Positions 35,583 to 43,918 of a DNA stretch of 61,332 nucleotides are shown here, in pieces. The DNA is from a virus (Duplodnaviria; Caudoviricetes): the IMG/VR virus record IMGVR_UViG_3300005253_000079, positions 1-61,332 of that record; one strand, 5' to 3'. A program made the translations under genes and the position numbers. The stretch's first letter is position 1, and each line of letters starts with the position of its first letter. The notes beneath the pieces were generated by a model. The model was not told the DNA's origin. It saw only the letters and a list, made by a program, of their open reading frames with translations, and did not search any database.

Positions 35583-36617
35583 GTGGACATAATCATGACC
35601 ACTAAGGTTAGAAAACCAAAGTCGGCGAAGAAGACGAAGGATGCACCTAGTGGCTCGGTAGGTGGTACATATGCTATGCCTATGACTATGCCTATGCCTG
35701 TGCTGCCCTCTTATCCTTCAATCGGGGGTAACTTCATTGATGCAGTGTTACCTAAGCCTAAGCCTAAGCCTAAGACTAAAGCTAAGACTAAGACTAAAGC
35801 TAAGACTAAGATTGATGTGACACTAACACCACCCGTTGCGTGTGACATCCCGGATTGCTCGGTGTGTAAGCAAGCAGGGGCCAAAGGTGCAAACCTCTCA
35901 ATCCGATCATACCCTAAAGCTTTGAGGACTGATATCGGTCTCCTTAACGAGCTTCCACTAGCCATGCATGCTGCTGACTTCTACCTACGCATGGCAATGA
36001 CAGTCCAGGGCAGGGGCGATCTTAGAGCTGGGCTAGAGTACCACGCAAACATGCTCGCGTCTGAGTTCTGTCGATACTTGAAGATAGCAACAACAGGAGA
36101 AGCGCGTCATGTATTTGGTCACGCAAATGTGAGTTCTCTAAGATATTATGGCAAGCATATGAAGGTAAAGGGCAATTATCCAGGGTTTATATCTTTCATT
36201 AGGCGTCTGGATATGATGACTTATACCGTAGCGAGAGTTGGCCGTGGTCAGGTATACAGAAACGCTGATAATATATGGGAGGGCTACGGAAAACTAGCTC
36301 CTCTATACCTTATGTTTATCTTTACGAGGCCTTCATGGAACAAAGGCTATGGAGGAGAGAAGTGGGGTCTATGTCTCAAAGTGCTTATGAACTACCTGCG
36401 AGGAAGACTCACTCCTATTGCATTTGTTGATCAGGCGTTCTCTCTTGAGCATAACGGGAGTATAGTGTACGACAAGACCGGCTGGAACCTGACTGGCCTC
36501 AAAAGAGTTCTTACCCGAGCACAGACAGGCTCATACAAATCTATAGCTGATAACTATGCTTCGAGTGATGTTGCTAAGATGTGGTATGATCACAAGGGCG
36601 GAGGTAAGAAAACATGA
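35583..36617 (+). CDS. Uncharacterised enzyme-like protein with Lys/Pro-rich tail and CxxxxCxxC
   Basis: ADFYL, GEARH, W.KGYGGEKW and FVD...EHNG....K motifs. Confidence 0.8.
   Translation: MDIIMTTKVRKPKSAKKTKDAPSGSVGGTYAMPMTMPMPVLPSYPSIGGNFIDAVLPKPKPKPKTKAKTKTKAKTKIDVTLTPPVACDIPDCSVCKQAGAKGANLSIRSYPKALRTDIGLLNELPLAMHAADFYLRMAMTVQGRGDLRAGLEYHANMLASEFCRYLKIATTGEARHVFGHANVSSLRYYGKHMKVKGNYPGFISFIRRLDMMTYTVARVGRGQVYRNADNIWEGYGKLAPLYLMFIFTRPSWNKGYGGEKWGLCLKVLMNYLRGRLTPIAFVDQAFSLEHNGSIVYDKTGWNLTGLKRVLTRAQTGSYKSIADNYASSDVAKMWYDHKGGGKKT
35751..35810 (+). repeat. Coding hexamer repeat (NCTAAR)x10 encoding PKPKPKPKTKAKTKTKAKTK
   Basis: Direct reading. Confidence 0.85.
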
Positions 36618-37624
36618 TCCAAAGAAAGATAATGTTCGACGGTCATGCTCCTCGATGGTGGAATAAGAGGAACAGACGACTACGCAGGAAGTATGAGAAA
36701 GACGGGGATATTAGTAATGACAACAGCGGTAAGGGAGGCTTTGTTAGTAAGCTGACAGATAAAGTAACAGGTTTCATTGGAGGAGGCTACCATTATAGGT
36801 CATGTGATCACTGGCGGACTGTTGTTAAGATTGGGGACAGTCATATCTTAGCAAGTGGGTTAATGGACCGGCCTAAACACCCGTTTGTGATGCCTGGACC
36901 TAAGCCCTGGCCCGACAAGGGCTTATACCTAGACGACTTATGGTCTCGACAATTAGGGGGTATATCATCGGCTGGAGTTAAGTGCCCGATCGATCCCTGG
37001 TGGCCGTATGTCATAGTTGATTGGAGTGATCGTGCAGCCATTGATGATAAGTGGTACACGCTGATTGTAAACCTGATCATCAAGTGGATGAAGTCAGGGG
37101 ATAAGGTAGAGATAGCCTGTCAGGGCGGACACGGACGTACTGGTACGCTGGTTGCAGGCGTGTTAGCTAAGGTCGAGGGCCTGTCTGCTAATGACGCTAT
37201 AGAGGCTCTGCGTGATAGGTACTGTAAACAAGTTGTCGAGTCTCACTCTCAGATATGTCAAATATACCGCTTCTTAGGCGAGAAGGAGCCAGATAAGCCG
37301 CCTATTGTACCGGCTACACCCTACTATATCGCGTTCGGGTATAAGCCACCACCAAGTAAATCTTATTTCCCGACGGGAGATACCGATCGTAAAGAGAGAC
37401 TAACAGGAGGGGTGAATAGGAAGGAAGGAACGTCAATCACAAAAAAACACGACCAGTATTATGGTAGTGACGATGATGATGATGAGTGTTTCTGTCGGCA
37501 CGACCGATGGAACCATTGGGGAGGAGGTGATGGTGTATGTAAGATGTGTCCCGCTGCGGGTGGTCAAGCCTGTAATAAGTTTAGGCTTATAGACCGCCTG
37601 ACTAATAGACCACGCTTATATTAA
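36614..37624 (+). CDS. Protein-tyrosine/dual-specificity phosphatase family (CX5R) with C-terminal Zn-finger-like motif
   Basis: DWSD acid loop, IACQGGHGRTG, LRDRYC..VVES..Q; CxCxH...H...CxxC...C. Confidence 0.9.
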   Translation: MIQRKIMFDGHAPRWWNKRNRRLRRKYEKDGDISNDNSGKGGFVSKLTDKVTGFIGGGYHYRSCDHWRTVVKIGDSHILASGLMDRPKHPFVMPGPKPWPDKGLYLDDLWSRQLGGISSAGVKCPIDPWWPYVIVDWSDRAAIDDKWYTLIVNLIIKWMKSGDKVEIACQGGHGRTGTLVAGVLAKVEGLSANDAIEALRDRYCKQVVESHSQICQIYRFLGEKEPDKPPIVPATPYYIAFGYKPPPSKSYFPTGDTDRKERLTGGVNRKEGTSITKKHDQYYGSDDDDDECFCRHDRWNHWGGGDGVCKMCPAAGGQACNKFRLIDRLTNRPRLY

Positions 37625-37646
37625 CGTTAGTATAGGAGGAGACAAA

Positions 37647-37961
37647 GTGACTAGAAGAATAGATCTGTTTGTAACAGTTGACAAGACCGGAAGCAAGGGT
37701 GGAGGGGTTGCTAATTTTAGTGCCTCTATCACATCGGGCTCCTTTCCCGAAGGAGAGGTAAGTCTAGCCCGAAAGCCGGACCATTGTTTCTTTGGTCTTG
37801 CCAATCTAGAGTCCCATAAGGGTCATGCGCCCAACTTTGCAACAAAGGCAGACTTGCAGGGATACATAGACCGTGTTAAGAAGTCTGTCGATAGCCTAGT
37901 CGAAGACTATCTTGACGCTGTCAATGTTGGGCCTACCCTGCTGAGTAGCTGGGAGATTTAG
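37647..37961 (+). CDS. Hypothetical protein
   Basis: GGGAG SD, GTG start. Confidence 0.7.
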   Translation: MTRRIDLFVTVDKTGSKGGGVANFSASITSGSFPEGEVSLARKPDHCFFGLANLESHKGHAPNFATKADLQGYIDRVKKSVDSLVEDYLDAVNVGPTLLSSWEI

Positions 37962-37988
37962 TCTATAGTATAGTCTAGTATAGACTAG

Positions 37989-38173
37989 AGCGAGGGGTTC
38001 ACCTCTCGCTTGGAGGACCGGAAGGTAATTGTTAGTCAACGCATCACCACAACCAATCTCGTAGCTCTGTCAACGCTAACGTGTGCTGAGTTAGGATATG
38101 GCGACGGGGCATACGTTAGTATAAGGGTTCCCCGACTAGCAGGTTGCTTCCGATCCTCCAAGTAAGAGGTGAA
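37989..38173 (+). ncRNA. Candidate structured RNA, ~40-bp closing stem and 13-bp inner stem
   Basis: 37998-38037 pairs with 38134-38173; 38075-38087 pairs with 38108-38120. Confidence 0.65.
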
Positions 38174-38193
38174 TAGGTTATAAGGAGGGTGCG

Positions 38194-38475
38194 ATGAACA
38201 GTGAGAAAGCGTGGGTAGATCTTTGTGACACCATCGACTCTGTTGGTGTCGATTATGCCCTAGCAGAAGACGATTTTAACTCGACTAAAGAAGTGTTGCG
38301 GGTCGCTGCCAACGCCTACGCCCTGACGTTACTGGACGAACTCCAGACTTACCTCACTGATGCGGCGCGTAGGAGTTCCCGCTCCGGGTCTGACTACCCT
38401 TACGGTGGCGAGTCTGGAATCGATGTGCCTTGGCTTATAAACCTCTTCCGCAAAGAGCGCATCAAAGGAGGGTAA
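38194..38475 (+). CDS. Hypothetical protein
   Basis: AAGGAGG SD. Confidence 0.7.
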   Translation: MNSEKAWVDLCDTIDSVGVDYALAEDDFNSTKEVLRVAANAYALTLLDELQTYLTDAARRSSRSGSDYPYGGESGIDVPWLINLFRKERIKGG

Positions 38476-38480
38476 GACTA

Positions 38481-38723
38481 ATGACTAGTGATACGCCAAA
38501 GTGTAGCTATTACGAGGGTAAGACTTACGGACTAAGTGATTGCCTGCGCGAAGTTAGCGCGTGTCCGTGTTGCAAAGGTAATGGTACGCACACCCAGGAG
38601 TGTAGGGGATATAATACGATTGACAAAATCACAGTTGACAACATCTGTCATAGTTGTCTAGGATCGGGATGGAGCGAACTATGCGACAAGCACCAAGATA
38701 AGGAGGTAGGTGGTATTGATTAA
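38481..38723 (+). CDS. DnaJ-type CxxCxGxG zinc-finger protein
   Basis: CPCCKGNG, CHSCLGSG; AGGAGG SD before ATG at 38481. Confidence 0.65.
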   Translation: MTSDTPKCSYYEGKTYGLSDCLREVSACPCCKGNGTHTQECRGYNTIDKITVDNICHSCLGSGWSELCDKHQDKEVGGID

Positions 38724-39408
38724 TGGCTATGCTAATATAGGATCAGTTAGACATGGTACTACAGGAGAGGCTATCAAGGATATATTCGATATACATTTTC
38801 CTAACGCTGGCGGAGTTGCTGATTTAACTTGGGGCAAGGGAGGGTTTTGGAGTAAGCTAGGTAGTAGTGGATTGCCTCCTAACTATATTCAGGTCATTGG
38901 CCTAGACATAGACGTATCAGGTAAGGCTCAGATCAAGTCTGACTACAGATTAGTCCCATTACAGACTCAGAGTGTAGACGTAGCGGTATTTGATCCTCCC
39001 TTTATATTCACGCCGGGCATACGAGGACTAGTGGGGGCTAAACGTTTCTTCCTCGGATCAGAGGCAGCTACAGATGGTCGCTTCTATAGCGGTAGCAAGT
39101 CAGACTCTCGCATACTAGCACCTCGCAACGCTGAAGACTTGCGGGTCCAGACCCTGTTAGTCATGATCGAGATGAGACGTATAGCTAGGATGGGCTGTAT
39201 ACTAAAGGGACAGAATCTTATTACGTCGAAGCATCCTAACTGGTGGACATACCAGGTGATCGATCACGGACATAAGCTGTGGGGTCTAGAGCCGGAGGAT
39301 GAGCTAATACAGATCAGCCCGGCTGCAAGGATGGTTGATCCTCGTTGGAAGAGACAGTACCACTTTCGCAGGCATCATGCATATTATCTTGTATATAAAT
39401 GGGATTGA
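38710..39408 (+). CDS. DNA amino-methyltransferase (m6A/m4C type)
   Basis: DLTWGKGGFW SAM motif, GLDID, VAVFDPPF catalytic motif. Confidence 0.85.
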   Translation: MVLINGYANIGSVRHGTTGEAIKDIFDIHFPNAGGVADLTWGKGGFWSKLGSSGLPPNYIQVIGLDIDVSGKAQIKSDYRLVPLQTQSVDVAVFDPPFIFTPGIRGLVGAKRFFLGSEAATDGRFYSGSKSDSRILAPRNAEDLRVQTLLVMIEMRRIARMGCILKGQNLITSKHPNWWTYQVIDHGHKLWGLEPEDELIQISPAARMVDPRWKRQYHFRRHHAYYLVYKWD

Positions 39409-39416
39409 GGTGATCT

Positions 39417-39620
39417 ATGTTAGATCTGTGGGATTATGAGGGACTGATCGTCACTCCGCTCAATTGGATGCACGAGAAGTTTATCAAGGGTCGATTATTA
39501 CTACGGTGGTGGTGCCTTCTGTTCTCACACGCAAGGAGTTGGCACTATAACGGGTGCAGGCAGCTAGCTGAAAAGCACTGGCACTGTACTGTTTGTAATG
39601 GAGTTAAATGTGATGACTAG
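39417..39620 (+). CDS. Small Cys-rich hypothetical protein
   Basis: GAGGTG SD. Confidence 0.55.
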   Translation: MLDLWDYEGLIVTPLNWMHEKFIKGRLLLRWWCLLFSHARSWHYNGCRQLAEKHWHCTVCNGVKCDD

Positions 39621-39825
39621 GAAGACTTGTCCTCGCTGTAATGGTAAGCTTGATTACTTAGTTGATGAGTGGGGAAGCTATTGGAACTGTCTATATTGTG
39701 GTGGTATCTGGGATGATCTAGTTGGCCCTAGGGAATTGCCAAAGCTGCACCGAGAACAGAGAATAATAGAGAGAGAGAACGAGCGCAAGGCGAGGTTAGC
39801 AAGGGAGTTAGAAGGGAGTGACTAA
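39598..39825 (+). CDS. Zinc-ribbon protein
   Basis: CPRC.G...CLYCG. Confidence 0.7.
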   Translation: MELNVMTRKTCPRCNGKLDYLVDEWGSYWNCLYCGGIWDDLVGPRELPKLHREQRIIERENERKARLARELEGSD

Positions 39826-40076
39826 TGGGACTGAGCATCTATAGAGACGAGCAAGGTAGACTCAGTGGCATCGATCTCAATCTACCTGGACACCGTTTTG
39901 CGTGGATAGGCAGATCAGGGATGGGATCGGGATCAAATGTAGTCTACAACTCACACTGGTATGATCTACAACATCCTCTCCAGCGTTATAGTCGAGGGGA
40001 AACCCGATTCATGATGTTCTGGTCACAGCTAGGTAGAGGGATAAGGGAGTTCGTGCGCGGGAGTCAGTATGATTAG
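39825..40076 (+). CDS. Hypothetical protein
   Basis: Coupled ORF. Confidence 0.6.
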   Translation: MGLSIYRDEQGRLSGIDLNLPGHRFAWIGRSGMGSGSNVVYNSHWYDLQHPLQRYSRGETRFMMFWSQLGRGIREFVRGSQYD

Positions 40077-40173
40077 TCTTCTTATGATCTCTATCCCGCG
40101 TTGAGGAAACCGAAAGGGTACAGTACAATGGTACAATCACGGTACAGTCTTAGTCAGAAGGAGGTAAAACGAA

Positions 40174-40521
40174 ATGGGTGATCGAGGTAACATTGTAATA
40201 CTACAGTCAGGGATGAGAGGCAGGGACTCAGGCGATCGGATATATCTATATACACATTGGCGAGGTTCCGGTCTACCGGATATACTAGCAGCAGCTCTAG
40301 CAAGGTCAGGTAATCGTTGGAATGATGCACCCTACCTAGCTCGTGTTATCTTTAGAGAGATGATACGGGGGGATGAGGAGGGTGTAGCAGGATTTGGAAT
40401 ATCCACCTATGAGCAGGATAACGAGAACGCTATCCTCGAGGTGGACTGCGATAAGCAGGAGGTCAACGGAGTAGCGTTTGATAAGTTTATCAAGGCACAC
40501 GAGGAAGGAGGCAACTGGTGA
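40174..40521 (+). CDS. Phage hypothetical protein
   Basis: MGDR...IYLYTHW.G...RWND..YL.R pattern; strong SD. Confidence 0.8.
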   Translation: MGDRGNIVILQSGMRGRDSGDRIYLYTHWRGSGLPDILAAALARSGNRWNDAPYLARVIFREMIRGDEEGVAGFGISTYEQDNENAILEVDCDKQEVNGVAFDKFIKAHEEGGNW

Positions 40522-40745
40522 CTAACATAGACATACTAGCCCTAGCGTTTGGGATCAACCTGATCACTATAGGGATCGGCTACTGGCGAGGTAGGGAGAG
40601 AGGATGGAGTGAGGGATACGAAGAAGCGTGGGGGGATGAGCAGAACTGCTGCTACCCGAGCGGTTGGGACGAGGGATACGCAATAGGCTACGAGACTGGT
40701 AGGCAAGACGAGTACGATGATCCTGAGCCAAGAGGAGACAGGTAA
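40518..40745 (+). CDS. Membrane-anchored protein with G-Y/W-x-x-G repeats
   Basis: N-terminal TM; GWSEGY, GWDEGY, GYETG. Confidence 0.65.
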   Translation: MTNIDILALAFGINLITIGIGYWRGRERGWSEGYEEAWGDEQNCCYPSGWDEGYAIGYETGRQDEYDDPEPRGDR

Positions 40746-41098
40746 TGACTGAGGCAGGACGAGTGAAGAAGATATACTTTAGCATCCATCCGAACGATCA
40801 CATATATATAAAGGACGAACATCTGAAGCTAACAGAGTGCTTCGACTGTGGCGCGCTTATTAGAACCGAGCGATCGAAGAGTGTAACGCACGAGCTTTTC
40901 CGAGTAGACAATAGTAGGTCATGTCGGAAATATTGCGGACGATGTAAGCCAGCTTACGATCGGGTCGAGTACTGGTCGAATACTTATGGTGAAAATGAGC
41001 CTCTCCGCTTCTACCGTTTCGTGGCTCAGCCGGTAGCTCCTTATGTTCGCATTAACGAAGACGGTACATCTTATAGTCAGGATGATAAGGATGACTAA
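40745..41098 (+). CDS. Zinc-finger hypothetical protein
   Basis: CFDC...CGRC. Confidence 0.65.
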   Translation: MTEAGRVKKIYFSIHPNDHIYIKDEHLKLTECFDCGALIRTERSKSVTHELFRVDNSRSCRKYCGRCKPAYDRVEYWSNTYGENEPLRFYRFVAQPVAPYVRINEDGTSYSQDDKDD

Positions 41099-41528
41099 GC
41101 CTAACCCTCGTAATTACCAGTCTCACTTTGATAGTAGCCTGTTTGCTAGGTATCATCGTGATATATACATGCCTGATAACGTTTATGCAGGAGCGTTAGG
41201 GTTTCTACCCCCATCTAGCTCAAGCCTAATTCTCAGCAGTCATTACCTAGATGTTATGGCTGATCGGCACTTACCTAAGAAGCTCCATATGCCTTCGAGC
41301 AGCTTTGATCTAGACATTGTAGATGTAACAGTAGTCAGGACTACATGGGCTGTGTATAGGGTAATGATCCGGACTCCCTGGTTCTGGTCTAAAGGCAGAC
41401 AGGCGAGGCATGACCTGTGTATAGTCTTAGAAGGAGACTACTCGGTAGTCACAGCATACTGGATCAGTCGGAACGATCAGCACGAGACACTAGACGGGGA
41501 TCTATATGAGAAGGAGGTAGTAGAATGA
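41091..41528 (+). CDS. Hypothetical protein, possibly RelE/BECR-like fold
   Basis: SSHY..., DLCIVL.....VVTAYW....D.H.TL..Y; fold guess is weak. Confidence 0.5.
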   Translation: MTKPNPRNYQSHFDSSLFARYHRDIYMPDNVYAGALGFLPPSSSSLILSSHYLDVMADRHLPKKLHMPSSSFDLDIVDVTVVRTTWAVYRVMIRTPWFWSKGRQARHDLCIVLEGDYSVVTAYWISRNDQHETLDGDLYEKEVVE

Positions 41529-41698
41529 GAGTCCAGATAGAGTTTGATGGTGTTATAGAGGTAGACGTTAACGCTAGCCCCAAAGACGATAGGGAAAAAA
41601 AAGACCAGGCTGTACATGATGCCTGGATAAAGGCTTCAATACACCGTATAGCAGACGCTGCTGAAATGATCGACTATGACGAGGTTACGGAGGATTAG
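41525..41698 (+). CDS. 57-aa acidic hypothetical protein
   Basis: Manual translation MRVQIEFDG...; AGGAGGT SD. Confidence 0.6.
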   Translation: MRVQIEFDGVIEVDVNASPKDDREKKDQAVHDAWIKASIHRIADAAEMIDYDEVTED

Positions 41699-41728
41699 TA
41701 ATGTCTGACTTCTGCTGGCCGTGCGTAA

Positions 41729-42301
41729 GTGATGAGCTGTCTAGCTGATCAGGATCACCTAACCTGCACCCTCTGCCCACTCAAGGACCACAGGCAGAAC
41801 GTTGTGCCTGGGCATGGTAACGTATTAGCTAGGATTATGCTAGTCGGTGAGGCACCTGGTGAGGATGAGGATAAGTCGAGCAAGCCGTTTGTTGGCAAGG
41901 CAGGTAGTAAGTTAGACAGATTGCTTGAGGTGGTTGGACTCAGTCGTCTAGAAATATGGCTGACCAACTTGGTGATGTGCCGACCGCCCAATAACGACCT
42001 AAGAGCCTATGCTGGTAGCACGATAACATGTCCTAGTCATTGGCTAGAACGTGAGCTGTCTATTATTAGGCCAGCATGTGTGGTAACATTAGGTGCATAC
42101 TCAGGCTCCTACTTCTTTCCCGGACTCACATCGGCACATGAGATGGCAGGTACGATTAGATCAGTGGGTAAGAGAGACTGGGAGATGTATGCTATAGGTA
42201 GCTATCATCCAGCATATGTATTCAGGCCGGGCGGAGGACGTTGGGTTGAGGCGTCAATAATATCGTCGTTGAAGAAAGCAAAGGAGTTATCCTATGATTG
42301 A
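41729..42301 (+). CDS. udg: Uracil-DNA glycosylase family 4 (Fe-S)
   Basis: CxxC, VGEAPG..ED....PFVG.AG, TN.V.CRPP.N, YHPA. Confidence 0.95.
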   Translation: MMSCLADQDHLTCTLCPLKDHRQNVVPGHGNVLARIMLVGEAPGEDEDKSSKPFVGKAGSKLDRLLEVVGLSRLEIWLTNLVMCRPPNNDLRAYAGSTITCPSHWLERELSIIRPACVVTLGAYSGSYFFPGLTSAHEMAGTIRSVGKRDWEMYAIGSYHPAYVFRPGGGRWVEASIISSLKKAKELSYD

Positions 42302-42743
42302 GGTAAAGGGCAACCTGTGGAATCATCCGGCTGATGCAAGGGTGATAACAACTAACGGCTTTGTCAAGAAGGACGGTCGAGCTGTGATGGGTAGGGGTAT
42401 TGCTTATGAGGCAAAGCAACGCTACCCTGACATTGACTTATGGTTAGGAGCAATGATACGCCGGGAGGGAAATATAGTATCCCCTCTTTATTGGGGCCTT
42501 GGAGATTGGGGTAGGGAGGCTTTAGTCAGCTTTCCAGTCAAGCACAACTGGTGGGAGAAGGCTGATACGTTTCTAATTACCAGGAGCGCCTTCCAGCTAA
42601 TGAGCCTTGCAGACCTCCAGCCTAGCTGGAAGATTATATGTATGCCTCGGCCCGGATGTGGGAACGGTAGGCTAGACTGGGTTGATGTCAAGATGATGAT
42701 TGATCCTATACTAGACGATAGGTTCCATGTCTTTAGTTTCTAA
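42294..42743 (+). CDS. Macro domain protein (ADP-ribose-processing)
   Basis: GNLW, TTNG...AVMGRGIA, FPVK, PRPGCGNGRL.W. Confidence 0.9.
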   Translation: MIEVKGNLWNHPADARVITTNGFVKKDGRAVMGRGIAYEAKQRYPDIDLWLGAMIRREGNIVSPLYWGLGDWGREALVSFPVKHNWWEKADTFLITRSAFQLMSLADLQPSWKIICMPRPGCGNGRLDWVDVKMMIDPILDDRFHVFSF

Positions 42744-42754
42744 GGAGTTAGTTA

Positions 42755-42958
42755 ATGGCTAAAGGTAAGCAGCTTAGTTTCCCTATTACGAACGTAGAGT
42801 GGGAGATAAGGTATAACGAAGAGGTCGAACGTAGGGAGAGAGCAGAGGATACCCTTGATGATATACAGGAAGCGATTGACAGGCTGCTCTGTAAATACTA
42901 TGGTCACGCGGACACTACGGATCATGGTGAGTGTAAGCGTTGTTGGGAGAAGGTATGA
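42755..42958 (+). CDS. Small hypothetical protein
   Basis: LLC..YGH...C.RC; AAGGAG SD. Confidence 0.6.
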   Translation: MAKGKQLSFPITNVEWEIRYNEEVERRERAEDTLDDIQEAIDRLLCKYYGHADTTDHGECKRCWEKV

Positions 42959-43134
42959 TGGTAGAGCTAATTGTGGTGGTACATAAGCTAGGGTTTGCAG
43001 AGGAGAGGTGTGGTGCCTACTACCAACTCCTTGATCTAGTAAGAGAAATACACGAGACAATGCTTAAGTCCGTACATCCATGCTATCCTATCCTGCTACG
43101 CAAGAAGATTGAGGAAGCTCTACAGGACGCATAA
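42940..43134 (+). CDS. Small hypothetical protein
   Basis: Fills the gap. Confidence 0.5.
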   Translation: MLGEGMMVELIVVVHKLGFAEERCGAYYQLLDLVREIHETMLKSVHPCYPILLRKKIEEALQDA

Positions 43135-43184
43135 GACTTGGAGGTGTCGTACTGTTAGCCAAACTAGTTGTAGTCTTAGTCGGG

Positions 43185-43634
43185 ATGATCCTAACTAGTA
43201 TGGGACAGGTAGCAGAGGAGGCAGTTAGCAATTATGGAATCCACTCATCTAGACAACCCTCGGCTACGCAGATCCAGCGTGATATCCAGGCGCTTGGATT
43301 TGCTAGAGGAGTGGGCGGAGGGAGTACAGAAGGTATTGGAGAAGCTGAATACCAAGTCCGATACTCTATCGCCCTCCTATGGCCTGAACGAGAGTGGGCC
43401 AGGGCTGTGTGCATATCATATTGGGAGACTGGTGAAAGCTTCGATCCTCTTAGAGTCGGAGCAGCCGGTGAGCGTGGGGTATTCCAGGTGCATCCTGTGC
43501 ATATCAATAGGTTTATTTCCTATGGAGGCTGGGGCTCAGCCTTCATTGTCTCGGTGAACGCATCCGTTGCATACGAAATATGGCTAGACGACGGAGGGAG
43601 TTTTAAGCAATGGACAACAGCAAGTCTGTGTTAG
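43185..43634 (+). CDS. Lytic transglycosylase (SLT-like), probably with N-terminal signal/anchor starting upstream
   Basis: A..I..WET, G.FQV, N...AY.IW...G...W motifs. Confidence 0.8.
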   Translation: MILTSMGQVAEEAVSNYGIHSSRQPSATQIQRDIQALGFARGVGGGSTEGIGEAEYQVRYSIALLWPEREWARAVCISYWETGESFDPLRVGAAGERGVFQVHPVHINRFISYGGWGSAFIVSVNASVAYEIWLDDGGSFKQWTTASLC

Positions 43635-43918
43635 ACTGGGAAGATGAAGGAGGTTTAGTTGTGACTAGTCGAGACGAGGGTAGCAAGTGTCCCTGTTGTG
43701 GAGGATTAGGAGCACACGGCAAAGTTCCGACAGTAGAAGACCTTGAAAACGAGAGGCGTTGTAATACGTGCGAAGGCTCTGGTAAGGTAGTAACGTGCCC
43801 GTCATGCTCGGGACTGGGTCACATGTCTATGCGAGAAGCAGGACTCATCGCTTCAGCAAACACTCGTATAGAAGCACTAGAGCGCGATGAGGCCGAGCGT
43901 CCGTGGAGATATTCGTGA
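43610..43918 (+). CDS. DnaJ-type zinc-finger protein
   Basis: Three CxxCxGxG repeats. Confidence 0.75.
   Translation: MDNSKSVLDWEDEGGLVVTSRDEGSKCPCCGGLGAHGKVPTVEDLENERRCNTCEGSGKVVTCPSCSGLGHMSMREAGLIASANTRIEALERDEAERPWRYS

Noticed and set aside
34853-38173. Composite transposon or MITE ends
   Set aside because: The two elements are unrelated in sequence, there is no transposase or evident target duplication, and mismatches are mostly wobble-type
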